Shown here in pieces: positions 25,884-34,781 of a stretch of DNA of 64,000 bases; positions within the stretch are counted from its first letter, which is position 1; every line of letters starts with the position of its first letter. The notes beneath the pieces were generated by a model. It was not told the DNA's origin and ran no database searches. It saw only the letters and a program-made list of their open reading frames with translations. The DNA comes from Thermoguttaceae bacterium. GTDB lineage: Bacteria; Planctomycetota; Planctomycetia; Pirellulales; Thermoguttaceae. The stretch covers positions 44,544-108,543 of the forward strand of contig JAFSMO010000059.1 in assembly GCA_017447865.1 (NCBI GenBank), in the 5' to 3' direction. The translations under genes and the position numbers were made by a program.

Positions 25884-26750
25884 TCAGAATTTAATGTTTT
25901 CGAGGAACTGCACGTTCTTCGGCGTCACTTCGTCCAGCTTGCGCGGGTCGTCGTGCTCGATGAAGTAGTACTTGAATCCCACTTCCTGCGCGGTCTTCAG
26001 AAGGGCCGGGAAGTCAATTCTGCCGGACTCACCGAAAACCATCGCGTCTTTGCCGGAGAAATCTTTCACGTGCATCAAACGCCAGCGGGTCGGGTAGCGC
26101 TTCATGTACGTCACCGGGTCGTAGCCGGGATTGGCGACCCACACGACGTCCATCTCGAAATTGACCCATTCCGGATTGGTTTCCTTGACCAGAACGTCGA
26201 AAAGCGTCTCACCTTCCGGGCAGCCGTCATACGGCACGAACTCAAATCCGTGATTGTGGTAGCAGTAGCTCAGGCCGTTCTCGGCGAGGTATTTGCCCGC
26301 CTCGTTGAAGACTTTCACGGCTTCCCAGGCGTTTTCCATCGTGAAACCGACCTGGCGGTCGTGCGGGATCCAGGCGATGCGGACGTACTTCGCGCCGAGC
26401 GTCTTCGCGTCCGAGATCACTTTATCGAGCGACTCTTTCGTCTTCAGCTGGTCGTAGCCGGTCGGAAGCGACGAGGCGTAGAGGTGGTGTTTGTCAAGCA
26501 GATTCTTGTATTCCTGCGCGGTGTGCCCGAAGAAATCGGAGGCTTCAACGATCGTGAACCCCTGATCCTCCGCAAACTGCATGGCGGCGTCCAGGCCTTT
26601 AGCCTTCGCGATGTCGCGCAGACTGTACATGCACATTCCGACCGGGCCTTTGAACTGCTCGTTCGTTCCAATGCCGTTGGACCGTTCAGCCTTCACCGGA
26701 AGAGTGAAAACCAGAAGGGCGAGAATAAACAGAAGGGCGAGTTTTTTCAT
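25884..26750 (-). CDS. Secreted sugar-phosphate isomerase/epimerase (xylose isomerase-like TIM barrel)
   Basis: The signal peptide is MKKLALLFILALLVFTLPVKA. The length is 288 aa, and the motifs YCYHNHGFEF and FIEHD are typical of the AP-endonuclease-2/xylose isomerase-like TIM family. Confidence 0.65.
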   Translation of the reverse strand: MKKLALLFILALLVFTLPVKAERSNGIGTNEQFKGPVGMCMYSLRDIAKAKGLDAAMQFAEDQGFTIVEASDFFGHTAQEYKNLLDKHHLYASSLPTGYDQLKTKESLDKVISDAKTLGAKYVRIAWIPHDRQVGFTMENAWEAVKVFNEAGKYLAENGLSYCYHNHGFEFVPYDGCPEGETLFDVLVKETNPEWVNFEMDVVWVANPGYDPVTYMKRYPTRWRLMHVKDFSGKDAMVFGESGRIDFPALLKTAQEVGFKYYFIEHDDPRKLDEVTPKNVQFLENIKF

Positions 26751-27055
26751 AAATGGTTCCTTTCAGTTGATTCTTTCTGTAAAATGAAAATAAAAGCGGA
26801 ACGTCGGATTTCAACCTCAAACGTTTTCAGGGGCGAGTTTTTATTCCGTGCTTCCTTTTATCATTATAGCACTTTTGTTTTTTTTGCCAACCACCGGGGA
26901 AATTTTTTTCCCGACTCCTGAAAAACTTGCTGGTCCTTTTATAATTTAGAGGCGGAAAATAGTATTTGCGCCATTTTACACCCCCCAAATAGGGGGTGCT
27001 TTATGAAAATTTTAAAAAATTTTCAAAATTTCCGTATTTTTCTGGGGGGAGATAC

Positions 27056-27083
27056 TGGAATTTAATTGAAAATAGGGTACAAT
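27056..27083 (+). promoter_or_regulatory. Weak candidate promoter upstream of the small lipoprotein and gntP-like genes
   Basis: TGGAAT is followed by a 16-nt spacer and TACAAT. Confidence 0.25.
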
Positions 27084-27178
27084 AGAAGCGAATGAGTTAG
27101 AGGATTCAAAGTAGTTTTGAAAACTCGCGCGGTTTTCCGCATTCACTTAAAATTTATTCCAATTTGGAGGAAAGTACA

Positions 27179-27397
27179 ATGAAAAAACTTGGATTTCTCG
27201 CTGTTCTTCTGAGCTGCGTTATGTTCATTGGTTGCCCGAAAAAAGCTCCGGAAGCTCCGGCTGCTGAAGAACCCGCCGCTGAAGCTCCGGCTGAAGCCCC
27301 GGCTGAAGAAGCTGCTCCGGCTGAAGAAGCCGCTCCGGCTGCTGAAGAAGCTGCTCCGGCTACTGAAGAAGCCCCGGCTGAAGCCCCGGCTGCCTGA
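27179..27397 (+). CDS. Small lipoprotein with an Ala/Glu/Pro low-complexity tail
   Basis: A GGAGG Shine-Dalgarno sits 8 nt upstream of the ATG at 27179. The signal MKKLGFLAVLLSCVMFIG-C carries a lipobox. The mature part is almost entirely (A/E/P) repeats. Confidence 0.65.
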   Translation: MKKLGFLAVLLSCVMFIGCPKKAPEAPAAEEPAAEAPAEAPAEEAAPAEEAAPAAEEAAPATEEAPAEAPAA

Positions 27398-27431
27398 TAA
27401 ACCATTACTAAAACGAATCACCGATTTGTTT

Positions 27432-27460
27432 AGCCGGTCCTTCGGGTTCCGGCTTTTTTT
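27432..27460 (+). terminator. Rho-independent terminator or attenuator after the small lipoprotein gene
   Basis: The hairpin AGCCGG...CCGGCT is followed by TTTTTTT. Confidence 0.6.
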
Positions 27461-27498
27461 ATGTTTGCATTTTCCCAACCGTTTCCTGAATCAGAATC

Positions 27499-28932
27499 AT
27501 GGACCCGCTCTTAATTCTTCTCATTGGGCTTTTGTTCGTCATTGGACTGATCGTTTACGCCCGTCTGAACCCGTTTCTCGCTCTGCTGGCCGCGGCTTTG
27601 ATCGTGAGTTTTCTTTCCAAACCGGCGCCGGGAACCGAGGGAGACTGGACCGCTCAGGTCACGCGGGTCGGAACGGCTTTGGGAGAAATGGCCGGCAAAA
27701 TCATGATCCTCATCGCGATGGGGTCCCTCATCGGTCAGGCCATGACCCGAAGCGGGGCGGCGGACCGGATCGTGCGCGGGATCGTGCGTCTTTTCGGGCG
27801 GGAACGCATGCCGGAGGCGCTCCTTTCGAGCGGTTTCGTCCTTTCCATTCCGGTTTTCTACGACGCGACGTTTTACCTTCTGCTCCCGCTGGCCCGCGCG
27901 GTGTACCGCATGACGCAGAAGCATTACGTGCTTTACCTGCTCGCCATCGGGTTTGGCGCGACGCTTTCCCACACGCTGATCCCGCCGACGCCCGGCCCGC
28001 TGATGGTCGCGCGGGAAATGGGCATTTCGATCGGCACGATGATGCTTCTGAGCGGAATGGTCGGGTTTTGCACGATGCCGTTCGCGCTTTTGATCGCAAG
28101 ATTTCTGGACCGGAGAAACGCCAACATTCAGATCGAAGACGCAGCGATCCGCGAGGCGCTGAAACCTTTGGCGGAGGTTTCAGCGGCGGACGGTCTGAAA
28201 GACGAAATCGACGCGGCTCCCGCGATGAAACTCCCGTCTTTTTTCGCGGCCATTTTGCCGATCCTGCTCCCCGTAGCGCTGATCGCCGGAGCGTCCATCA
28301 CGAAATCGCTTTGCGGGAACTCCGCCCAGACCACGTGGCAGAAAATCGTTTACTTCGCGGGTGACGCGCAGGTCGCGCTCATCCTTTCGGCCCTGACGGC
28401 GTTCGCGGTCCTGCAGCTCACCCAGCGGCTTTCGCTCCGCGAGCTGGAAAAGGAAATGGGGACCGCGCTGCAAGCGGCGGGAAATATCATCCTGATCACG
28501 TCGGCAGGCGGCGCGTTTGGGGCGATGCTCCGTGCGTGCGGGGTCGGGGAACGCATTCAGGAACTGATGGTTTCCGGAAACGGCACGCTTCCCGGGCTGG
28601 GCGTTTTGCTTCTGGCGTTTCTGACCGCCTCGATGATCAAGACCGCCCAAGGTTCCAGCACGACCGCGATGATCACGACCGCCGGGATCTTCTCGACGCT
28701 GAGCCTCAGCTCCGCGGCCCTCGGTTTTCATCCGGGCTACGTCGCCGTCGCGATCGGCGTCGGGTCGTGCGTGACGGGCTGGATGAACGACAGCGGATTC
28801 TGCATTTTCGCGAGCATGAGCGGCCTGGGCGAGACGAACGTCCTGAAAACCTGGACCGTGGGTCTGGCACTCATGGGATTGGTGGGGATCTGCGTCACGA
28901 TGATCCTGAGCCAGATCGTGCCGATGATTTAA
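27499..28932 (+). CDS. GntP-family permease (gluconate/organic-acid:H+ symporter type)
   Basis: The 477-aa protein is polytopic. Its N-terminus LLILLIGLLFVIGLIVYARLNPFLALLAAALIV and overall layout are typical of GntP. The substrate is unknown. Confidence 0.75.
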   Translation: MDPLLILLIGLLFVIGLIVYARLNPFLALLAAALIVSFLSKPAPGTEGDWTAQVTRVGTALGEMAGKIMILIAMGSLIGQAMTRSGAADRIVRGIVRLFGRERMPEALLSSGFVLSIPVFYDATFYLLLPLARAVYRMTQKHYVLYLLAIGFGATLSHTLIPPTPGPLMVAREMGISIGTMMLLSGMVGFCTMPFALLIARFLDRRNANIQIEDAAIREALKPLAEVSAADGLKDEIDAAPAMKLPSFFAAILPILLPVALIAGASITKSLCGNSAQTTWQKIVYFAGDAQVALILSALTAFAVLQLTQRLSLRELEKEMGTALQAAGNIILITSAGGAFGAMLRACGVGERIQELMVSGNGTLPGLGVLLLAFLTASMIKTAQGSSTTAMITTAGIFSTLSLSSAALGFHPGYVAVAIGVGSCVTGWMNDSGFCIFASMSGLGETNVLKTWTVGLALMGLVGICVTMILSQIVPMI

Positions 28933-28940
28933 ATCCTGAA

Positions 28941-28984
28941 AAGAAAAAGGCCTCCCGACCGGTAAATGTTCCGGAAAGGAGGCC
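28941..28984 (-). terminator. Terminator serving the PEP-CTERM gene (hairpin shared by convergent genes)
   Basis: The GGCCTCC ... GGAGGCC stem is followed on the minus strand by TTTTTCTTTTC. Confidence 0.7.
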
Positions 28985-29006
28985 CGTTTGCGTTAGCCGG
29001 TGAATC

Positions 29007-31688
29007 TCAATGGCAGGCGCGTTTCCAACCGAAAATCGCCAGACCGAAAACCAGAAGCACGAGCGTGGACGGCTCCGGGACCTGGTACGGACCCGTGAGG
29101 GCCGAGTAGCCCCACGCCTGCCCCAAGGCCGCCAGCGTACCGTACTGGGAGGTCATGGGACCCGCGCTTGCGTTTTCCAGCGAGCTGGCCAGTTCCGCCA
29201 TTTGAGGAACCGTCTCACTGGTGGTGGAACCTAAAACCCACGAAACGCCCTCATTCACCTCGATTTTCTCTTTGAGCTGCTCGCTCGTGACCGCCGCGCC
29301 GTCCTGAAGCCACAGAACGGCCGTCTCACCATCCAGACCATCCAGCGCGGCCTGAAGGAGGGCCAAAGCTTGGGATTGGTCGGTGGTCGTCGCGTCCACA
29401 AACGCCACGGGAACGTCGGGGAACGCTTTGGTCAAATACTCGCCCGTCTCGGCCCACGGCGTACTGCCGCCGGTGAGGGAAATTTTGCCGGTCACGGGAT
29501 CCAACGTCACGACGTTCCCCGACGTGGCCCAGACCGTTCCGCTGCGCGTGTCCGTCTTTCCGGCCGCCACCAGAACGTCACCGACGCCGATCTTGCCAGT
29601 ACTCGCGGAAGTCACGAGATTCCCGGCCGCGTCAAACGCCTGGATCTGGAGCGCGTGCCAGCCAGTCCCGAGAGTCACCGACGAAGTGAACGTTTTGCTG
29701 GCCGCGTCGAGCGTGGCGTCCGTCCAGTCCGTGCCGTTTTCGGAAATTTTGATCGTCGCGATCGTATCGTCCGCGATCGCCTGCCAGCTTCCCGAAATGG
29801 TCGCGGAAGCATTTCCGTCCGCGCCGCGCTGGAAGAAGCAGGGGCTGGTCGGATTCAGGACCGCGTCAGACTCGTGGATGTACGAGTAAATATTCGCCAC
29901 GGCGTAGTTTCCATTATTAATATTGGCCGAAAAAGTCCAGTCACGGCTGCTTCCCCCGGAATTCCCCAGACCGATCCCGGCATTATTCGCTTTTCCCCAG
30001 CCGCAGTAGCTGAAGAGGGTGGTTTTGGTGTCCGCGTCGAGGATCTGGAAACTCCCGTAGCCCACCGCGTTCTGGAACCCCGTGTCCCAGTAGTCGTACA
30101 TGCCGTTCGCGCCGGCGCTGTAGTCACCGCGCCCGAACTCGATCCGCCCGCCCGAGATCCCGGACCGGGAAATCGCCGCGACGTTCGATTCAACGCTCAG
30201 ATTCCGCACGCTGGTCAGCAGCGGCGCGCCCGTGGGGAGGCCCACGTCGCTGAGTTTCGTCGAAAACGGATCCATGGAAATGAGCGCGTAGGAATAATTC
30301 CCCGCTTTATCCACCAGCTCGACGTAGTAGCCGACCCGGTCGTAAATCGCGTTGGAATAGGCGTCGGACGCGTCGTAAGTGTAAGGGATCTTCGTGACGC
30401 CGTTGTTGCCGTAGCCGGCCTTGCCCGTTCCCGCGGCGTCCAGGGCATGGATCAGCGTTCCGCCGGCCTCAACGATCTTGGAGGGGACTTCGACCATCTG
30501 CACTTTATCGATCGTGACCGTGCGGTCCGCGTCGCCTCCGCCGTTGATCGTATTCGTAAACCGGAGCTTCGTCACGGCATCCGAAGCCGTAAAGGTCCCC
30601 GCGAACGTGTAGTTTGAGGCCGTATTGGCCGTGACGAGCTGACGGTCGAGGAACGTTTTCGTCGCGGTGGCGCCCTCGGCGGTGATGCTCAGCTCGGCCG
30701 TATCATTTTTCCGCGCGTTATACTTGCACGTAACGGCGTAGGTTTTTCCGGGGGTCGTTCCGATCTCCTGATAAAGCGACGCGGTCACCGGGTTCGCGTA
30801 GCCCTGGATTGCCGCGACGTACGTCCCGTCCGGGATCGGGCCGGCATGGAACTCACTCGCGGAGGGGCGCAAATAGTAACCGGCGGCAGAAGAACTTTCG
30901 TACTTCCAAATCCCCGTGTTTTCGAAATTCCCGGAAGTCGGCGCGCTGGTGGCCCAGATGATGTACTGGCCGTGGCCCGACGCGTACGTGTACGAGCCGC
31001 TTTCAAAACTTCCGTCCTGCACGAGATTCTTCAGGGGCTGGGCCGGGGAAAGGGTCAGCGCGACGTTCCCGATGAAAAGCGTTTTGTCGCCGCCCGTGGA
31101 AGAGTGCGCGATGCTCAGTACGGCCGTGCTGGAATCTGCCGTGAACGTGGTGGAATATTTCTGGAACGGAAGGGTCCCCGAGTTTCCGAAAGTGGTATTC
31201 TGAAGCGGAATTTCGGAAGCGCCGGTGATCGAAGAAACGACCGTGACCGTGTTTCCTTTCCGCGCGTTATACTCGTAAGACGCGATGTAGAGTTTCCCCG
31301 GTTCCAAACCGCTGACGGTTTGCGAGATCGCCGCGTTTCCCGACGCGTTGAAAACCTGAAGCCCCACCGCGTTACCGGTGCTCGGGACGGATCCCGTCCA
31401 GCCGGAAGTCTGATTGGAGCGGACGTAATAACCAAAAGTATCCGGAGTCCCCGAGGGGTCTGTGGTCGCGTAAGCCCAGGTCGTCCCGGCAGTATCGAGG
31501 TAGCCGGAAGGATTGCTCCCCGCTCCGCCCCAAATGATGTAAATGTCATTTTGTGAGGAGATTTTGTAAGCGCCCGTAAACGTTCCGTCCGTAATAAGGT
31601 TTTCGGCCCCCCACGCCGGTACGCTGACCAGACCGAGCATTACAAAAACGACAAAAAACCAACTGCGATAAAAAGGACGCATGTTCAT
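29007..31688 (-). CDS. PEP-CTERM sorting-domain protein with repeated carbohydrate-binding-like beta-sandwich modules
   Basis: The C-terminus VPEPSTLVLLVFGLAIFGWKRACH is a PEP-CTERM anchor. The likely start is the ATG at 31688 (MNMRPFYRSWFFVVFVMLGLVSVPAWG), with AGGAG 7 nt upstream. Two DUF642-like repeats are present (YEYNARKGN, CKYNARKND). Confidence 0.85.
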   Translation of the reverse strand: MNMRPFYRSWFFVVFVMLGLVSVPAWGAENLITDGTFTGAYKISSQNDIYIIWGGAGSNPSGYLDTAGTTWAYATTDPSGTPDTFGYYVRSNQTSGWTGSVPSTGNAVGLQVFNASGNAAISQTVSGLEPGKLYIASYEYNARKGNTVTVVSSITGASEIPLQNTTFGNSGTLPFQKYSTTFTADSSTAVLSIAHSSTGGDKTLFIGNVALTLSPAQPLKNLVQDGSFESGSYTYASGHGQYIIWATSAPTSGNFENTGIWKYESSSAAGYYLRPSASEFHAGPIPDGTYVAAIQGYANPVTASLYQEIGTTPGKTYAVTCKYNARKNDTAELSITAEGATATKTFLDRQLVTANTASNYTFAGTFTASDAVTKLRFTNTINGGGDADRTVTIDKVQMVEVPSKIVEAGGTLIHALDAAGTGKAGYGNNGVTKIPYTYDASDAYSNAIYDRVGYYVELVDKAGNYSYALISMDPFSTKLSDVGLPTGAPLLTSVRNLSVESNVAAISRSGISGGRIEFGRGDYSAGANGMYDYWDTGFQNAVGYGSFQILDADTKTTLFSYCGWGKANNAGIGLGNSGGSSRDWTFSANINNGNYAVANIYSYIHESDAVLNPTSPCFFQRGADGNASATISGSWQAIADDTIATIKISENGTDWTDATLDAASKTFTSSVTLGTGWHALQIQAFDAAGNLVTSASTGKIGVGDVLVAAGKTDTRSGTVWATSGNVVTLDPVTGKISLTGGSTPWAETGEYLTKAFPDVPVAFVDATTTDQSQALALLQAALDGLDGETAVLWLQDGAAVTSEQLKEKIEVNEGVSWVLGSTTSETVPQMAELASSLENASAGPMTSQYGTLAALGQAWGYSALTGPYQVPEPSTLVLLVFGLAIFGWKRACH

Positions 31689-32008
31689 TGGTAAACTCCT
31701 GAAATTCTCTTTATTAATTATGTTTAAAATTATGTGTCGTTTTTTCTCTTTGTCAACAAAAAAATGGAACAAAAATTAAAAAAATGAGAAATTTTCAATA
31801 TTTTTTTCAGTTCTAAACGAAAATCCTGTTTTCTCTCTGGTATTAAACTGAAAATTTTGCTAAAATCCTCGCCAGAATGGATTATGCGCCTCCGTCTTGA
31901 GCTTTCCTGAAAGCACGGCGAGAACAAGCCAAACCTTTTTCAAATCAGGCCATTTTGGGGAAAATCAGAATGGGCGCACCTTAAAATCCCGAGTTGGAGT
32001 TAAATTAG

Positions 32009-33781
32009 ATGGAAATGCTGCGCACCCTAATCGTCGCCTTGGTTTTTGCCGGAATTACAGTTTGCACTTACTATTACCTGAATTCCTCGCAGTTCCCCTG
32101 GGAAATCGCGAATCCGGGAGGTAATATGGCTCAAACTTCCGAAAATCCCATGGGAAACACGCTTCCAGCTCCGTCGTTGAATAATCAGGGGGAGAGTACG
32201 TTCGCGCAAGACGGTCCGTTCGCGCCCGCCTCCATGAGCGAGGGGGATGATTTTACGCTTCCCGGCATGAACGAGCTTCCGCCGGCACTTGAGCCCAATT
32301 CCGCGCCCGATCCCACAGCCAATCCGATGGTCATGACGGAACCCCAGCCTTCCCAGCCGCCCGTCCTCGACACCGATCTGCCCGCGCTGAATAACGGCAC
32401 CAATACACCACCCGATCCCATTCAGGCCAATCATGAAAAACAGATCGGCTCCTATGCTGACGTGGATAGGACTCAGGCACTTCCGGCTCCTGAGGACGCC
32501 TCCGCACAAGATCTTCCGCCAGTTCCTGATTTTGAAACCAACCCCGCCCCGACGGAAGTTTATCAGGCACAGCCCAATATTCCGCCGTCAACCGCTTCCA
32601 ATTCAGGTGGAATGACGAATCCACTCCGACAAAATCAGGCCCCCGCGCCGACCATCCCGGTGGTTCCGCCTCCGGTCGTTTCCCCGAGCCCCGCGCCAAG
32701 TCCTGCGCCAAGCCCTGCTCCGACCCTCGCTCCGGCCCCCGCGCCGAGTCCGGCTCCGAGTTTTGACCCGATGCCACCCGCTCCAGTTTTAGACGAAGCG
32801 CCGGATTTAAGCGTTCCACCGACCGCGGCTTCGAGCGATCCTCAACCCCCGGCTCAAATATCTCCGCAGGAAGAAATGGAAACCGCGGCGATTCGCGAGT
32901 ACCTGAAAAAAGCGGCCGAGAAGATTCAGAACGGCGAAGCGCTGGAGGTTTTGCGTCAATTGAGCAAATTCTACGGAAACCCCCGCTTTTCCGCCGAGGA
33001 ATCCTCCGAGCTGGTGAGTATTTTGGTTCAGGCCGCCAGCCAGGTCATTTACTCCCAAAAGAGTTTCCTTGATCCAGCCTACACGGTTCAGCCAGGGGAC
33101 ACACTGGAAAAAATTGCCGCGGAATACGAAACCCCTGAGGAGTTCATCGTTCTGGTGAATGGCCTTCAGGCTGACGCACCACTTCAACCCGGCACGCAGC
33201 TGAAAGTCATTCACGGTCCATTCCATGCACTGGTTTATTTGGACCGCCACGAAATGCTCCTGACGTTAAACGGACTCTTCGCGGGCCGGTTCTGGATTGG
33301 AATCGGCGGCGAGCTGATCCAGAAAGACAGTGATTTCTCCTTCGCGGGAAAATCCGTCGAGCAAAACGGGGCCACTTCCATGCCCTGCTGCGATTTTACC
33401 AAGCTCGCAGGTGAACCTGGCTGCGCGGAATCCGTGAAAATTCAGGCCTGCACTGACCCGAACGCCATTGGAAGCAGCGCACCAACCGGCTCAATCCTCA
33501 TGACGCTGACCGACGTTCAAAGTCTCGGCGCGATTTTAGGCCCGAAATCGGAACTGCTTATGCGATGCCACTCCCATCAGCAAATGGCTTCTGGAGCAGA
33601 TTCAACCTCAGCTCCAACCCCGGCTTCCGTTCCGGCCCCAGCCCCGGCCTATGGTTCCTCCGCGGAACTTCCCAATTCACTGCCGAACACGCTCCCCGAC
33701 TCTCTGCCCGGCACAGCCCCTGCACCGGCACCGGCTCCCTCGGCGGAAGAACTGCCTTTGGAGCTTCCGGCAACACTTTGA
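32009..33781 (+). CDS. Membrane-anchored proline-rich LysM domain protein
   Basis: It has the N-terminal TM segment LIVALVFAGITVCTYYYL and a long Pro-rich region (PSPAPSPAPSPAPTLAPAPAPSPAPS). The LysM motif is YTVQPGDTLEKIAAEYETPEEFIVLVNGL...PGTQLKV. Confidence 0.8.
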   Translation: MEMLRTLIVALVFAGITVCTYYYLNSSQFPWEIANPGGNMAQTSENPMGNTLPAPSLNNQGESTFAQDGPFAPASMSEGDDFTLPGMNELPPALEPNSAPDPTANPMVMTEPQPSQPPVLDTDLPALNNGTNTPPDPIQANHEKQIGSYADVDRTQALPAPEDASAQDLPPVPDFETNPAPTEVYQAQPNIPPSTASNSGGMTNPLRQNQAPAPTIPVVPPPVVSPSPAPSPAPSPAPTLAPAPAPSPAPSFDPMPPAPVLDEAPDLSVPPTAASSDPQPPAQISPQEEMETAAIREYLKKAAEKIQNGEALEVLRQLSKFYGNPRFSAEESSELVSILVQAASQVIYSQKSFLDPAYTVQPGDTLEKIAAEYETPEEFIVLVNGLQADAPLQPGTQLKVIHGPFHALVYLDRHEMLLTLNGLFAGRFWIGIGGELIQKDSDFSFAGKSVEQNGATSMPCCDFTKLAGEPGCAESVKIQACTDPNAIGSSAPTGSILMTLTDVQSLGAILGPKSELLMRCHSHQQMASGADSTSAPTPASVPAPAPAYGSSAELPNSLPNTLPDSLPGTAPAPAPAPSAEELPLELPATL

Positions 33782-33821
33782 TCCCAGATCCCCTGATTCC
33801 TGATTAAAAGAAAAGAATACG

Positions 33822-34379
33822 ATGTACAATTCCGAAGAACTCAAACAGCTGCTCCTCGACCGCGCCCTGAAATTCGGCGATTTCATCCTTGCATCCGGCA
33901 AAAAAGCCAAATACTACTGCGACAGTAAACAGATCACGCTCAGCTCCAAAGTCCGGCTTGTGGGCGAAGGAATGCTCCAACTGATGGAAGAAGAGGATGA
34001 ATTTCCCGCGGCCGTCGGCGGAATGACGATGGGCGCGGACCCGATCGTCGCCTCCATCATCACCATGGCTGACGTCCAGGGAAAAGACCTCAAAGGCTTC
34101 CTCGTCCGCAAAGAGGCCAAAGGTCACGGGACGAACAAATTCGTGGAAGGTCCGGTCCAGCCGGGCGAATCGGTCATCATCGTCGAAGACGTCGTGACGA
34201 CCGGCGGCTCCTCGCTCAAAGCAATCGAACGCGCCGTGGAATTCGGCCTGAAAGTGAAAGGCGTTTACGCCATTCTGGACCGCATGGAAGGCGGACGCGA
34301 AGCGTTTGAAAAGGCCGGCTACAAACTGAAGAGCCTCTTCACCATTCGGGATTTCGGAATCGAACCGCCGGTGGAGTGA
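33822..34379 (+). CDS. pyrE: Orotate phosphoribosyltransferase
   Basis: It has the PRPP motif VIIVEDVVTTGGSSL and the N-terminal FGDFILASGKKAKYYCD. The length is 185 aa. Confidence 0.93.
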   Translation: MYNSEELKQLLLDRALKFGDFILASGKKAKYYCDSKQITLSSKVRLVGEGMLQLMEEEDEFPAAVGGMTMGADPIVASIITMADVQGKDLKGFLVRKEAKGHGTNKFVEGPVQPGESVIIVEDVVTTGGSSLKAIERAVEFGLKVKGVYAILDRMEGGREAFEKAGYKLKSLFTIRDFGIEPPVE

Positions 34380-34384
34380 AAAGA

Positions 34385-34645
34385 ATGAAACGCGTAATTT
34401 CCCTCATTTTGATTGGCTCGTTCCTCTTGGCTGGCGGCTGTACTTCCCTCCGTGGAAACATGGGGGCAAAGCACGGCGAAAAAGCCGTTTCCAGCAGCGA
34501 AAGCAAGCGTGAAACGGACAGCATGCGCAAGACCATCGATGAGTCGGCCGCGGGGAAAGAACGCAAGAAGAACAATGGCCACTTCCTCTACGGCGGTCTG
34601 TCCTCGGAAGCCCGGGAAATTGAAGACCACTTATACGGCAATTAA
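34385..34645 (+). CDS. Small lipoprotein, function unknown
   Basis: The signal MKRVISLILIGSFLLAGG-C carries a lipobox. An alternative GTG start at 34376 overlaps the pyrE stop. Confidence 0.55.
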   Translation: MKRVISLILIGSFLLAGGCTSLRGNMGAKHGEKAVSSSESKRETDSMRKTIDESAAGKERKKNNGHFLYGGLSSEAREIEDHLYGN

Positions 34646-34672
34646 AAACGAATTCTATTAAGATTTAAATGT

Positions 34673-34737
34673 TTTTGAGGAGAGAGTTCGAGAGGACGTT
34701 TTTTTCGAAATGTTCCTCACCGGCTCCCTCCTCAAAA
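34673..34737. terminator. Hairpin between convergent genes (small lipoprotein and lexA-like)
   Basis: TTTTGAGGAGAGAG pairs with CTCCCTCCTCAAAA as a 14-bp stem with 1 mismatch, and there is additional inner pairing. Confidence 0.55.
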
Positions 34738-34781
34738 TCTTTTAAAAGGTCAATCGGATCCGGATTTCCAGGCCCGGTTTT

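Noticed and set aside
26979-26998. The CACCCCC-n6-GGGGGTG hairpin in the spacer upstream of the small lipoprotein gene, considered as a terminator or riboswitch element.
   Set aside because: It has a short 7-bp stem, no U-tract and no upstream gene on that strand to terminate. I could not match the surrounding sequence to any riboswitch consensus.
27143-27478. Two minus-strand ORFs (111 and 83 aa) rich in Ser/Phe/Arg or Ala/Ser/Gly.
   Set aside because: They are the complement of the Ala/Glu/Pro repeat of the small lipoprotein gene. The plus-strand ORF has a GGAGG SD, a lipobox and a terminator.
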